DNA of 64,000 nucleotides. Source: Bacteroidia bacterium (GTDB taxonomy: Bacteria > Bacteroidota > Bacteroidia > Bacteroidales > VadinHA17). Of this stretch, positions 53,461-63,145 are shown piece by piece. Under the pieces are notes generated by a model. That model saw only the letters and a program-made list of their open reading frames with translations, was not told where the DNA came from and did no database searches. Numbering within the stretch: the first letter of the stretch is position 1; each line of letters begins with the position of its first letter. The stretch covers positions 330 through 64,329 of the forward strand of contig JAPLDX010000065.1 in NCBI GenBank assembly GCA_026391215.1. Reading direction: 5' to 3'. Position numbers and translations under genes: made by a program.

Positions 53461-55149
53461 ATGAAAGAAGCATTTTTCTTATTAACACTAATAACCATTA
53501 TTATGTCACCTTCATGCGGCACAAAGGAAAAAGCCGACCTTGTCATAATCAACGGGAAGGTTCTGACTGTTGATCAGGAGAATCCTTCAGCTGAAGCAAT
53601 TGCGGTTAAAGGAGAAACCATCATTGCAGTCGGTACCACGAAAAAAATTAACTCATTTATTGAAGCTGGTAAAACAAAAATAATTGATGCTTCGGGAAGG
53701 CTGGTAATTCCCGGTTTTAATGATGCACATCTTCATTTCGGACCACTGGATCCTGATTTCATAGAGCTTCGCTATACCACTGATCCTTCAATAATTACTG
53801 AAAAGGTAAAGGCCCAGGTCGCCAGGTCAACACCCGGTGAGCTGATACGGGGCGGACACTGGGTACATGAGTTGTTCCCTGATAAAAAATGGCCCTCAAA
53901 AGAGCTGATTGACAAGGTCTCTCCTGACAATCCTGTCCTGCTTGAACGTGCGGATGGCCATTCCGTGCTGGTTAACAGCTATGTTCTTAAAAAATCAGCA
54001 ATCACAAAGAATACTCCTGATCCTTTTGGCGGCGAAATCCAGAAGGATATTGTGACAGGTGAGCCGACTGGTATCCTTAAGGATGCAGCCATGGGACTGA
54101 TAAAAACCGGAGATATCAAAATTGAAAGAAGTGCTGACGAGGAAAAGGAGAGAACCAGGCATGGATATCTTCTAGCAATGAAAGAGGCCCGCGAACTTGG
54201 AGTTACCAGCATCCAGAATGCAGGATGGGGTGAATTCAAAGCCTATGAAATGCTTCAGAGTGAGGGTGAGCTGACAAGCAGGATCGATATAGGGGCACCT
54301 TTGACTGGTGACTCATCCAAACTTATGCAGTACATGGAACTAGAGAAGAAATATCCCAAAGAGGGGAACTGGATCAGGTTCGGGTACCTTAAAGCCTTTG
54401 CTGACGGGTCAATCGGCTCGTCAACAGCCCTGATGTTTGAACCTTATACTGACAATCCGGCTACCTCAGGACTAGCAATGTGGTCTTATGAAGATCTTGA
54501 AAAAATGGTCCTGGCAGCCGATAAAATGGGTTTTCAGATCGGCATACATGCAATAGGCGATAAAGCCAACAACTGGATACTGAATTCATTTGAAAAGGCT
54601 GTCAAGGTAAATGGAAAGCGCGACAGCCGGCATCGCGATGAACATACACAGACAGTTCTGCTGTCAGATATCCCAAGGTTTGCACAGCTTGGAGTAATTC
54701 CATCAATGCAGCCAACACATTGCATTTCAGATAAACTGTTCTATGAAAAAAGAGTTGGATTTGAAAGGTGCAAGGGCACTTATGCATGGCGAAGTCTCAT
54801 TGATGCAGGTTCACTGCTCGCTTTCGGAACCGATTACCAGGTGGAACCGCTGAATCCGATAGAAGGCCTTTATGCTGCTGTCACAAGAAAAGACAGGCTT
54901 GGCGAGGAAGGCGAAGGATGGTTTCCCGGACAGAAGCTTACAATGGAAGAAGCAATAAAATATTACACCTTCGGCTCCGCATATGCACAGTTCATGGATG
55001 ACAGAAAGGGCATGATCAAACCGGGATACCTGGCTGATATAGTAATTGTTGACAAAGATCTCCTGACAATCCCCGAATCGGAGATTATGAAGACAAAGGT
55101 AGATTATACGATTGTCGGAGGTAAAATTGTCTATAATTCTGATAAATGA
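53461..55149 (+). CDS. Amidohydrolase_3-family metal-dependent hydrolase, lipoprotein-like signal
   Basis: IIMSPSC lipobox; VIPGFNDAHLH metal-binding HxH; GIHAIGD; AFGTDY. Confidence 0.7.
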   Translation: MKEAFFLLTLITIIMSPSCGTKEKADLVIINGKVLTVDQENPSAEAIAVKGETIIAVGTTKKINSFIEAGKTKIIDASGRLVIPGFNDAHLHFGPLDPDFIELRYTTDPSIITEKVKAQVARSTPGELIRGGHWVHELFPDKKWPSKELIDKVSPDNPVLLERADGHSVLVNSYVLKKSAITKNTPDPFGGEIQKDIVTGEPTGILKDAAMGLIKTGDIKIERSADEEKERTRHGYLLAMKEARELGVTSIQNAGWGEFKAYEMLQSEGELTSRIDIGAPLTGDSSKLMQYMELEKKYPKEGNWIRFGYLKAFADGSIGSSTALMFEPYTDNPATSGLAMWSYEDLEKMVLAADKMGFQIGIHAIGDKANNWILNSFEKAVKVNGKRDSRHRDEHTQTVLLSDIPRFAQLGVIPSMQPTHCISDKLFYEKRVGFERCKGTYAWRSLIDAGSLLAFGTDYQVEPLNPIEGLYAAVTRKDRLGEEGEGWFPGQKLTMEEAIKYYTFGSAYAQFMDDRKGMIKPGYLADIVIVDKDLLTIPESEIMKTKVDYTIVGGKIVYNSDK

Positions 55150-55294
55150 CCCCCGTCCATGCTGAAGCATGGCCTGCCCCCTAAAGGGGGCTCAAAACCA
55201 TTTACCTATTTTGATTAGTGGTGGGTTTTAGACCCCCTTCAGGGGGTGCTGCGAAGCAGCGGGGGTTCTTACCTTCAGGGGGGGTGGGGGGTCA
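55147..55294. repeat. Nested-palindrome element, copy G
   Basis: Outer TGACCCCC / GGGGGTCA. Inner CCATGC-TGAA-GCATGG, GCCCCC-TAAA-GGGGGC, ACCCCC-TTCA-GGGGGT and GCTGC-GAA-GCAGC. The left arm contains the TGA stop of 53461..55149. Confidence 0.8.
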
Positions 55295-55533
55295 TCAGAC
55301 AGGGAAGTAAGTATCCTTAGTGCCTCCTCTCTTGAATTTCCGCAAAATTCTGGTTCCGGCTTGAAGTTAACACATACTTTTGGTCTTATACGATCTCCGT
55401 ACAGTGCACATTTATTATCATCAAGCAGATGAATGCATTTTAGCCCTGCCGGCTTGCCCTCAGGCATTCCGGGAATCGGTGAAGATATAGATATCGCGAT
55501 ACAGCAAGCACCGCAGTCTTCTCTGCAATCCAT
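55228..55533 (-). CDS. YkgJ-family Cys-cluster (zinc/iron-chelating) protein
   Basis: MDCREDCGACCI..KCIHL..NKCALY..VCVNF CxxCxxCC-type pattern. The last ~22 codons lie inside repeat element 55147..55294. Confidence 0.6.
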   Translation of the reverse strand: MDCREDCGACCIAISISSPIPGMPEGKPAGLKCIHLLDDNKCALYGDRIRPKVCVNFKPEPEFCGNSREEALRILTSLSDDPPPPLKVRTPAASQHPLKGV

Positions 55534-55538
55534 TGAGG

Positions 55539-55625
55539 AAAGATAAAAGATAAAAGTAAAAAGATAAAAGTAAATAGGGAAATATTCAGATTTTAACCGT
55601 TGAACCTTGGTACCGTTGAGCCTTA
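55539..55625 (-). repeat. A-rich 7-nt array (55539-55575) plus 8-nt CAANGG array (55595-55625)
   Basis: AAAGATA AAAGATA AAAGTAA AAAGATA AAAGTAA. Then AACCGTTG AACCTTGG TACCGTTG AGCCTTA, which is CAACGG/CAAGG units in the sense of the FtsX permease gene whose stop is at 55636. Confidence 0.8.
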
Positions 55626-55635
55626 TTACTAAAAT

Positions 55636-58017
55636 TCATTCATTCCTGATAGTATCTACCGGATTGAGTTTGAATATCTTGTAGGTCTCCAGGCTAATCG
55701 TTATAAACGTGATAGCAAGAACAATCATTCCGGGAAACACAAAAATCCATATCGAAAGGTTGGTACGATAAGGGAATTGCATCAACCACTTTGTTCCAGC
55801 AAAATAAATTACCGGAGATACTATAACGAATGCCACGCCTATCCAAATCATAAACTCTTTCAGAACATCAAGGTAAATTCTTTTTGAGGATGCCCCGTTA
55901 ACCTTCATAATACTGTAAATATGTTGTTTACTTTCCAGGGTATATGCAGTCATCCCATACAGACCCAGACAGGCAATAAGTACAGCGAATATTGTAAAGA
56001 TCAGCACAAGATTGCCGGTTGTCTGTTCCTTTTCATATTGCCTGTTAAAATCATCGTCAAGGAAGAAATAATCTTCAGCTGAATCAGGGAATAATTCTTT
56101 GTATTTTTTTCTGGCTTCTTTTAGAACATCCGAAGCCATGCTTTCACTGAATACTAATGTTATATACCTATAGTCTTCACCCATGAGGAAGAATCCCATA
56201 GGTCCGATTTCCTGATTTTTCCCCCTGAAGTGGTAATCTTTAAAAACCCCCCTGATCCGTAAATCCCTGTCAAAGAATGTTTTTGTCAAAGCTTCTTCAG
56301 GAGAATTCCATCCGAATTCTTTAATCGCTGCCTCATTAATAATCATTCCGGTGTTTTCCTGCTGGCTTAGTTCCGGATCTAATGGCTCTCCTGCGATCAT
56401 CTCAAGCCCATAAAGCCGTATAAAGTCATAATCAGCCTGCATACAATTAATTATATGCGAGTTGGTGGCTTTTTCACCAGAAGGCCAGTATTGCCAGCCG
56501 TACATCCACCGACCGGGGACACTGGATGATACTGTAGTTTCAATAACTGAAGGATTCTCTTCAAATGTGGACTTCACTCTTTCATAATTGTCCGGAGTAA
56601 CTTTTCCCTCAGGCAGCCGGAATACAAGCTTCTGCTCCTTTATAAACCCTAACGGAGAATTCTTCATATAATTTAATTGCCTGGATATCAGAAATGTAGC
56701 TATGACCAGAAAAATGCTTATCATAAACTGGCATATTACCAGTACTCTTCTGAAAGAATGGCTGCCTTTACCCGGGGTTTTTGAACCTTTCATTACAGCA
56801 ACTGGATTTACGGATGAGAGCATGAAGGCAGGATATGAACCCGCTACAAGACCGGTAACAATAATGATTGATATGAGGAACAAAGCAAATTTGGGATCCA
56901 GGTATGGAACTTTAAGTTGTACCTGGACAATATTGTTTATGAATATTAGTCCTGTCTCAACAAGTGCCATAGCAATAAAATGAGCAATGAAGACAGTGAA
57001 AAGTGATTCCCCGAGAAACTGAATTCCAAGCTGTCTTTCCCCGGCACCAAATGTCTTTCTTACACCAAGTTCCTTTGTACGGTTTATGAACCTTGCTGTT
57101 GAAAGGTTCATATAATTGAAACATGTTGTTATAAGGACCAGAATTCCGATTGCGGAGATCAGATAGAGGAAGCTCTTATTTCCGTGCGTTCCAAAATCAT
57201 CAATGACTTCTGAGTTCAGATGTATATTTCTAACTGGATCAAGGAAACAGCTAATCGTCTCACCTGATTCTTTAAGTATGTCTCCGGCTATCTGTGCAGG
57301 AATGTTCCTGATCTTATTATCAAAGAGCAGAGGATCAACATTGGGCTTTAACTTGATATAGGTATAGATGCTCATTCCATATGTCATCATATTATAGGGC
57401 ATTTCTTCTGCCGACACCCTGGTTGAGTACGATATCATTAAATCTGGCCGGAAATGCGAATTTGAAGGAATATCTTCCACTACTCCTACTACTTCAAAAA
57501 GGGCTGTGTCTATCTTCACTATCTTTCTGAGGGCTGTACTATCACCAAAATAACGTCGTCTTAAAGTCTCGGTTAAAACAACAGTATTGGGCCTGGATAT
57601 TTCTGTTGAGGGATTCCCTTCAATCACATTGAAGGTAAAAACATTAAATATTCCCGGTGAAACCATGCATATTTTATCTTCCTTGTAAGCTATATCTTCA
57701 AATCTGACTGTCGATGCGCGCCATGTATTAATCCTTCCTACAGCTTCGGATTCATCCATCTCTTCAAGGGCTACTCCAATGAAATGTGTACACCGGGCAC
57801 GCCTGGCTCCGTTTGAATGTTGATTGGATTCCTCTTCAACCCTGAAAATACGATCATTATCATTATGAAACCTGTCATAGCTTGTTTCGAATCTGACATA
57901 TATGAAAATAATCATACATATTGCTAAACCAATAGATAATCCAAGTATGTTAATGATTGATATGCTTCCGGCTTTTCTTGAAATTCTGAAAGCTATTTTT
58001 AGATAATGCTTTATCAT
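55636..58017 (-). CDS. FtsX/MacB-type ABC transporter permease (793 aa, two FtsX modules)
   Basis: N-terminal TM, large periplasmic MacB-like domains and two 4-TM FtsX bundles (..FGAGERQLGIQFLGESL.., ..MKVNGASSKRIYLDVLKEF..). Confidence 0.75.
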   Translation of the reverse strand: MIKHYLKIAFRISRKAGSISIINILGLSIGLAICMIIFIYVRFETSYDRFHNDNDRIFRVEEESNQHSNGARRARCTHFIGVALEEMDESEAVGRINTWRASTVRFEDIAYKEDKICMVSPGIFNVFTFNVIEGNPSTEISRPNTVVLTETLRRRYFGDSTALRKIVKIDTALFEVVGVVEDIPSNSHFRPDLMISYSTRVSAEEMPYNMMTYGMSIYTYIKLKPNVDPLLFDNKIRNIPAQIAGDILKESGETISCFLDPVRNIHLNSEVIDDFGTHGNKSFLYLISAIGILVLITTCFNYMNLSTARFINRTKELGVRKTFGAGERQLGIQFLGESLFTVFIAHFIAMALVETGLIFINNIVQVQLKVPYLDPKFALFLISIIIVTGLVAGSYPAFMLSSVNPVAVMKGSKTPGKGSHSFRRVLVICQFMISIFLVIATFLISRQLNYMKNSPLGFIKEQKLVFRLPEGKVTPDNYERVKSTFEENPSVIETTVSSSVPGRWMYGWQYWPSGEKATNSHIINCMQADYDFIRLYGLEMIAGEPLDPELSQQENTGMIINEAAIKEFGWNSPEEALTKTFFDRDLRIRGVFKDYHFRGKNQEIGPMGFFLMGEDYRYITLVFSESMASDVLKEARKKYKELFPDSAEDYFFLDDDFNRQYEKEQTTGNLVLIFTIFAVLIACLGLYGMTAYTLESKQHIYSIMKVNGASSKRIYLDVLKEFMIWIGVAFVIVSPVIYFAGTKWLMQFPYRTNLSIWIFVFPGMIVLAITFITISLETYKIFKLNPVDTIRNE

Positions 58018-58049
58018 AGGTCAAATTTATTTGTTTTGCACTTCCCTAA

Positions 58050-58065
58050 TGCAACTATAATACCA
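58050..58065 (-). promoter_or_regulatory. Candidate sigma-54 (-24/-12) promoter for the FtsX-type permease gene
   Basis: Minus strand reads TGGTATTATAGTTGCA. GG and GC have exactly the consensus TGGCACG-N4-TTGCW spacing. The -12 element is ~33 nt upstream of the ATG at 58017, and a sigma54-dependent regulator is encoded divergently. Confidence 0.5.
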
Positions 58066-58138
58066 AATTTGCTATATTGTTGTTTATCTGATTTATGCAA
58101 GATTACTAATGAAGGTTTATTAAGAAATTTGTACATTT

Positions 58139-58156
58139 TACGACATATATGTCGTA
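58139..58156. promoter_or_regulatory. Perfect 18-bp palindrome TACGACATATATGTCGTA (candidate enhancer-binding-protein site)
   Basis: Perfect dyad, centred ~97 bp upstream of the putative -12 element and just upstream of the regulator's own TATCTTTG box (58174-58181). Confidence 0.45.
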
Positions 58157-58173
58157 TATTGAACAATAATAAT

Positions 58174-58181
58174 TATCTTTG
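58174..58181 (+). promoter_or_regulatory. Candidate -7 box (TATCTTTG) for the response regulator-kinase operon
   Basis: TAnnTTTG match 17 nt upstream of the ATG at 58198. Confidence 0.45.
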
Positions 58182-58197
58182 AAGAAACAGACAGTAA

Positions 58198-59562
58198 ATG
58201 AAAGAAGATGGTCATATATTGATTATTGATGATAACGAAGACCTGCTGAAATCAATGGTACAACTTCTTAAGAATGAGTTTAAGAAAATAGATACCCTGA
58301 AAAATCCGAATATAATTCCGGAATACCTTATTAATAACAATCCGGATGTTATTCTTCTTGATATGAATTTCTCTGCCGGTCAGCAGACAGGTAATGAAGG
58401 GATCTTCTGGCTGAGAGAGATACTAAAGACTAATAGATCTGCAATAGTTTATCTGATAACTGCATTCGGAGATACTGAACTGGCTGTAAAAGCAATAAAA
58501 GAAGGCGGAACGGACTTCATTGTTAAACCATGGGATCCTGCAAAGCTGATAGTCTCTTTAAAAGCAGGAATAAAGCTTCGCAGATCACAGACCCAGCTGG
58601 AAAAACTGGAAAGTACAAAATGCTTCCTGCTGAATGATCTTGACAATCAGTATGATCCTTTGCTCGGTTCTTCCCCGGCTATGAAACGGATTTATGATAT
58701 TATTAATAAAGTAGCTGCCACTGATGCCAATGTCTTGATAACAGGGGAAAACGGAACAGGGAAAGAACTTGTAGCCAGGGAAATTCACAGGAAGTCAGAA
58801 AGGGCAGATATGATTTTTATTCATGTTGATCTGGGCTCCATAACAACCACACTTTTTGAAAGTGAATTGTTCGGGTACATAAAAGGAGCTTTTACTGATG
58901 CCAGGTCTGACAGACAGGGCAGATTTGAGATTGCTTCAGGTGGTACGCTTTTTCTCGATGAAGTAGGGAATCTTCCATACGATATGCAATCGAAGATACT
59001 TACATCAATACAGAAAAAGGCTATTACAAGGGTGGGAAGCAACCAGGAGATCTCTCTGGATTTCAGGCTGATATCGGCAACAAATCACAACCTCCATTCA
59101 TTGATAGAAAAGAATCTGTTCCGTGAGGATCTGTACTTCAGACTAAAAACAATCGAAATAGACATACCTCCGTTAAGGGAAAGAACAGGTGACATTAATA
59201 TAATTGCAGATTATTTCTTCAGTAAATTTGGAGTAAAATACAGAAAGGATCCTCTGAAAATTGAGAATGATGTTTATATTCTTCTGAATAATTATAGATG
59301 GCCCGGCAATATCCGCGAACTCAGGAACACTATTGAAAGCACTGTCATTATGTGCGATAACAATACAATTAAGCCTGCAGATATAAATCTGAATTATTCT
59401 CATAAAAGTAAGGATGAGACACTGATTCCCCTTGACGCAATTGAGAAAGAAGCAGTAAGAAAAGCGCTTGAAAGAGCAAATGGTAATATATCCGGGGCTG
59501 CAAAATTGCTCGATATCTCAAGAACCACTCTTTATTCAAAAATAAAGAAACATGATCTATAA
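58198..59562 (+). CDS. Sigma-54-dependent response regulator (NtrC/AtoC family)
   Basis: REC domain (ILLDMNF), AAA+ GENGTGKELVAREIH, GAFTDA (GAFTGA sigma54-contact loop), C-terminal HTH ..AAKLLDISRTTLYSKIKK. Confidence 0.9.
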   Translation: MKEDGHILIIDDNEDLLKSMVQLLKNEFKKIDTLKNPNIIPEYLINNNPDVILLDMNFSAGQQTGNEGIFWLREILKTNRSAIVYLITAFGDTELAVKAIKEGGTDFIVKPWDPAKLIVSLKAGIKLRRSQTQLEKLESTKCFLLNDLDNQYDPLLGSSPAMKRIYDIINKVAATDANVLITGENGTGKELVAREIHRKSERADMIFIHVDLGSITTTLFESELFGYIKGAFTDARSDRQGRFEIASGGTLFLDEVGNLPYDMQSKILTSIQKKAITRVGSNQEISLDFRLISATNHNLHSLIEKNLFREDLYFRLKTIEIDIPPLRERTGDINIIADYFFSKFGVKYRKDPLKIENDVYILLNNYRWPGNIRELRNTIESTVIMCDNNTIKPADINLNYSHKSKDETLIPLDAIEKEAVRKALERANGNISGAAKLLDISRTTLYSKIKKHDL

Positions 59563-60895
59563 AAGCTACTATTTTAATTTAGTGGTCAGAATAACACTAA
59601 TTGTTCTGACCAGTTTGCTGCTTGCTTTCATATGGCAATTCAATGATAAACCCTATACAGTCATTGTGATCTCTTTCCTGATTGTCCTTCAGACATATCT
59701 ACTTATCAGGTATAACAACAAAACTAACACTGAATTAGGGAAGTTTTTCAATGCTCTTAAAGACAGTGATAATACATTGAATCTTACTGAAAATAGCAAC
59801 AGCTCTTTCCGTGAGCTAACAAAAGCTCTTAATGAAACTTTCTCAGCTCTTAAGGATGCCAGGCTTGAGAAGGAGAAGCAGTTCCAGTTTCTGAAATTTA
59901 TATCTAACCAGGTTGGCATCGGATTGCTGGTACTTGACAGTGACAGTAACACAGTCCTTTATAATAATGAAATAAGCAATCTATTAGGAATCAATCAGCC
60001 AACATCTCTAAAGATAATCGGGAAAATGATTCCTGAATTGCCGCCATTCTTAAATAATCTTAAGCATGGTGAAAATCAGGTTTTTAAAACCACGGTATCG
60101 CAAAAGTATTTTCTTCTTGTCCGGTCAACGCAGTATACACCTGCCGGTGAATCACTGAGGCTTTTTATATTCCAGGACATGAAAAAAGAGATGGAGGACA
60201 CTGAAATCCAAACCTGGCAAAAAATGATAAGGATCCTCTCCCATGAAATAATGAATTCTGTGACTCCAGTAATTAATCTGGCAACTGCCAGCAGAAATAG
60301 TCTTGAAAAAATTAAATCTTCAGCATCATTCGACAAAGAGACTATTGACAACTTAAATGATGTTATTGTGAATAATGAAATTGTTGAAGAAAGGATAAAG
60401 GGTTTATCCGACTTTGTCATAAGATATAAGAATGCTTCGGCCATACCTGTTCCCGAAACAGGATTTATTGATGTCGCCGAGCTTATCTCTCAGGTTATCA
60501 ATTTACAAAAGAACGAGATAGAAAGGCTGCATATTGAAATTCTTGTCAATATAGATCATAAAAGGATGACAATCGATGGAGATAAGAATCTGATTGAACA
60601 AGTCCTGATCAACCTGCTGAAAAACTCTGTTGAAGCTCTGGAAAAATCCGAAAAGAAAAGGGTAGAAATTAATTGTTATAAAAAGGATCAAAAAACAATA
60701 ATTGTCATATCGGATAACGGAGAAGGCATTTCAAAAGAGAATATGGAAAGAGTGTTTCTTCCGTTTTTTACAACAAGGGAAAAAGGTTCCGGTATAGGTT
60801 TAAGTCTTTCGCGGCAGATCATCAGGATGCACGGAGGCACTCTTGATATATGGTCTGAACCCGGTGAGGGAACTAAGGTGGAAATAGTACTGTAA
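59552..60895 (+). CDS. Sensor histidine kinase
   Basis: Two N-terminal TM segments, H-box [14 protein letters not shown] and G boxes ..LLKNSVEAL.., [15 protein letters not shown]. 11-nt overlap with the regulator gene. Confidence 0.85.
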   Translation: MIYKSYYFNLVVRITLIVLTSLLLAFIWQFNDKPYTVIVISFLIVLQTYLLIRYNNKTNTELGKFFNALKDSDNTLNLTENSNSSFRELTKALNETFSALKDARLEKEKQFQFLKFISNQVGIGLLVLDSDSNTVLYNNEISNLLGINQPTSLKIIGKMIPELPPFLNNLKHGENQVFKTTVSQKYFLLVRSTQYTPAGESLRLFIFQDMKKEMEDTEIQTWQKMIRILSHEIMNSVTPVINLATASRNSLEKIKSSASFDKETIDNLNDVIVNNEIVEERIKGLSDFVIRYKNASAIPVPETGFIDVAELISQVINLQKNEIERLHIEILVNIDHKRMTIDGDKNLIEQVLINLLKNSVEALEKSEKKRVEINCYKKDQKTIIVISDNGEGISKENMERVFLPFFTTREKGSGIGLSLSRQIIRMHGGTLDIWSEPGEGTKVEIVL

Positions 60896-60990
60896 AAAGA
60901 ATAAACACAGTTGGTATATTGACGGCTTTTTTAATAAGCTATGATGTCTTACTTATCTATTCTATATACTTTTGTATAAATTGGAAAAAG

Positions 60991-61668
60991 ATGCGAATAG
61001 ATATTATTACAGTCTGCCCTGAATTGATAGAAAGCCCGCTGAATTATTCAATTGTTAAAAGAGCAAAGGATAAAGGTCTCGTTGAGATCAATGTAGTCAA
61101 CCTGCACGATTTTGCCAGCGATAAATATAAAAGCGTCGATGATTATGCGTTTGGCGGAGGTGCAGGCATGGTGATGATGATAGAGCCGGTATGGAAAGCT
61201 ATTGAAAAGCTGAAGAGTGAAAGAGAATATGATGAAATAATATACACCTCACCCGATGGTGAAAAATTCACCCAGAAAATAGCTAATAACCTTTCGCTGC
61301 TGAACAACATAATTATACTTTCCGGCCACTATAAAGGCATTGATCAAAGGATACGAGATAACCTGGTCACCAGGGAAATATCTGTCGGCGACTATGTACT
61401 CTCGGGAGGCGAATTACCCGCTGCTATGATCACCGATGCTGTCGTCAGGCTAATCCCGGGAGCCATTTCCGATGAACAGTCCGCCCTCTCCGACTCCTTC
61501 CAGGACGATCTCCTCGCACCTCCTGTTTATACCAGACCGGCAGATTTTAAAGGCTGGAAAGTGCCGGATGTTCTACTTTCCGGACATGCCGCTGAAATTG
61601 AAAAATGGAGGCATGAACAGGCAGAGGAAAGAACCAGTAAATTAAGACCGGATCTGCTCCGGGAATAA
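60991..61668 (+). CDS. trmD: tRNA (guanine37-N1)-methyltransferase
   Basis: [47 protein letters not shown]. Start moved to 60991 (a TACTTTTG box sits at 60967-60974). Confidence 0.9.
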   Translation: MRIDIITVCPELIESPLNYSIVKRAKDKGLVEINVVNLHDFASDKYKSVDDYAFGGGAGMVMMIEPVWKAIEKLKSEREYDEIIYTSPDGEKFTQKIANNLSLLNNIIILSGHYKGIDQRIRDNLVTREISVGDYVLSGGELPAAMITDAVVRLIPGAISDEQSALSDSFQDDLLAPPVYTRPADFKGWKVPDVLLSGHAAEIEKWRHEQAEERTSKLRPDLLRE

Positions 61669-61855
61669 GGTCGTGCAGGTCATGCAGGTCGTGCAGGTCG
61701 TGCAGGTCATGCAGGTCATGCAGGTCATGCAGGTCATGCAGGTTATGCAGGTTATGCAGGCTGTGGATGACTTGCAGGACTGGCAAGACCGGCAAGACCG
61801 GCAAGACTTGCAGGACTGACAAGACTGGCAAGACCGGCAAGACTTGCAGGACTTA
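61669..61855 (+). repeat. About 21 units of a 9-nt tandem repeat starting at the trmD stop codon
   Basis: TAA|GGTCGTGCA GGTCATGCA GGTCGTGCA GGTCGTGCA GGTCATGCA x4 GGTTATGCA x2 GGCTGTGGA TGACTTGCA GGACTGGCA AGACCGGCA x2 AGACTTGCA GGACTGACA AGACTGGCA AGACCGGCA AGACTTGCA GGACTTA. Confidence 0.95.
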
Positions 61856-61932
61856 ATTTTGGAAATGATAAAAACCTTTATTAAACTTGTGACTTACAAC
61901 TATGAATATATAACTAATTAACAATCAACAAG

Positions 61933-63144
61933 ATGAAACCACAGGATTATATTAAGAAGGAAGACAAGTATGGTGCACATAATTATCATCCTCTTCCTAT
62001 CGTTCTTGAAAGAGGTAAAGGTCCGTTTGTATGGGATGTTGAGGGAAAAAGGTATTTTGATTTCCTGTCAGCCTATTCAGCAGTGAACCAGGGCCATTGT
62101 CATCCTAAAATAGTAAAAGCGCTTACTGAACAGGCAAAGAGGCTCACTCTTACTTCTAGGGCATTTTACAATTCTGTTCTCGGCGAATATGAAGAGTATA
62201 TAACAAAGTATTTCGGCTACGATAAGGTTCTTCCGATGAATTCCGGTGCAGAAGCTGATGAAACAGCTCTGAAGCTTTGCCGTAAATGGGCATATAAGAA
62301 AAAAGGCATTAAGCAGAACAAAGCCAAGATCATCTGCTGCGAGGGAAATTTTCATGGCCGCACCATTACAATAATTTCAATGTCGACTGATCCGGATGCA
62401 CGTAATGATTACGGTCCTTTTACACCTGGTTTCATTATTATTCCCTATAATGATATCAAAGCGCTTGATAAAGCACTGAAGGACCCTGATGTGGCAGGAT
62501 TTCTTGTTGAACCGATACAGGGTGAAGCAGGCGTGTTTGTTCCGGATGAAGGCTACCTGAAAAAATCTTATGCTCTCTGTAAGAAACACAATGTTCTCTT
62601 TATTGCTGACGAAGTGCAGACAGGTCTTGCCAGAACAGGTAAGCTGCTGGCATGCGACCATGAAGGAGTTCGTCCCGACATCCTGATCCTGGGGAAAGCC
62701 CTTTCAGGAGGTGTGATGCCCATCTCTGTCGTGCTTGCTGATGATGAAATCATGCTGACTATCAAGCCGGGAGAACATGGCTCAACATTTGGAGGTAATC
62801 CTATTGCCGCAAAAGTGGCAATAGCTGCTCTGGAAGTAATTAAAGACGAAAAGCTTGCTCAAAATGCAGAACGCCTGGGAAAGATCTTCCGTGAAGAATT
62901 CAGAAGCATAAAATCAGATATGATACAGCTGGTTCGCGGTAAAGGCCTTTTAAATGCTGTAGTAATAAGACCCAAAAAAGGCAAAACAGCGTGGGATGTA
63001 TGCCTGGCAATGAAAGACAAAGGTGTCATTGCAAAACCGACCCACGAACATATAATCAGGTTTGCTCCTCCCCTTGTGATTACCGAAAAACAATTGAGGG
63101 AGGCTATAAAACTTATAAAGGAGGCATTTAAGCTGTTTGAATAA
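61933..63144 (+). CDS. rocD: Ornithine aminotransferase (class III aminotransferase)
   Basis: [62 protein letters not shown]. Confidence 0.85.
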   Translation: MKPQDYIKKEDKYGAHNYHPLPIVLERGKGPFVWDVEGKRYFDFLSAYSAVNQGHCHPKIVKALTEQAKRLTLTSRAFYNSVLGEYEEYITKYFGYDKVLPMNSGAEADETALKLCRKWAYKKKGIKQNKAKIICCEGNFHGRTITIISMSTDPDARNDYGPFTPGFIIIPYNDIKALDKALKDPDVAGFLVEPIQGEAGVFVPDEGYLKKSYALCKKHNVLFIADEVQTGLARTGKLLACDHEGVRPDILILGKALSGGVMPISVVLADDEIMLTIKPGEHGSTFGGNPIAAKVAIAALEVIKDEKLAQNAERLGKIFREEFRSIKSDMIQLVRGKGLLNAVVIRPKKGKTAWDVCLAMKDKGVIAKPTHEHIIRFAPPLVITEKQLREAIKLIKEAFKLFE

Positions 63145-63145
63145 G

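Noticed and set aside
61547-61840. 97-aa minus-strand ORF ([28 protein letters not shown])
   Set aside because: Its sequence is just the translation of the 9-nt tandem array; it overlaps the trmD 3' end and has no start context. It is a repeat artefact, not a gene.
13097-61855. CRISPR interpretation of the short tandem arrays (13097, 14983, 40465, 46837, 55539, 61669)
   Set aside because: The units are 7-9 nt and directly abutting, with no unique spacers. There are no cas genes in the window, and the arrays are far too short-period for CRISPR.
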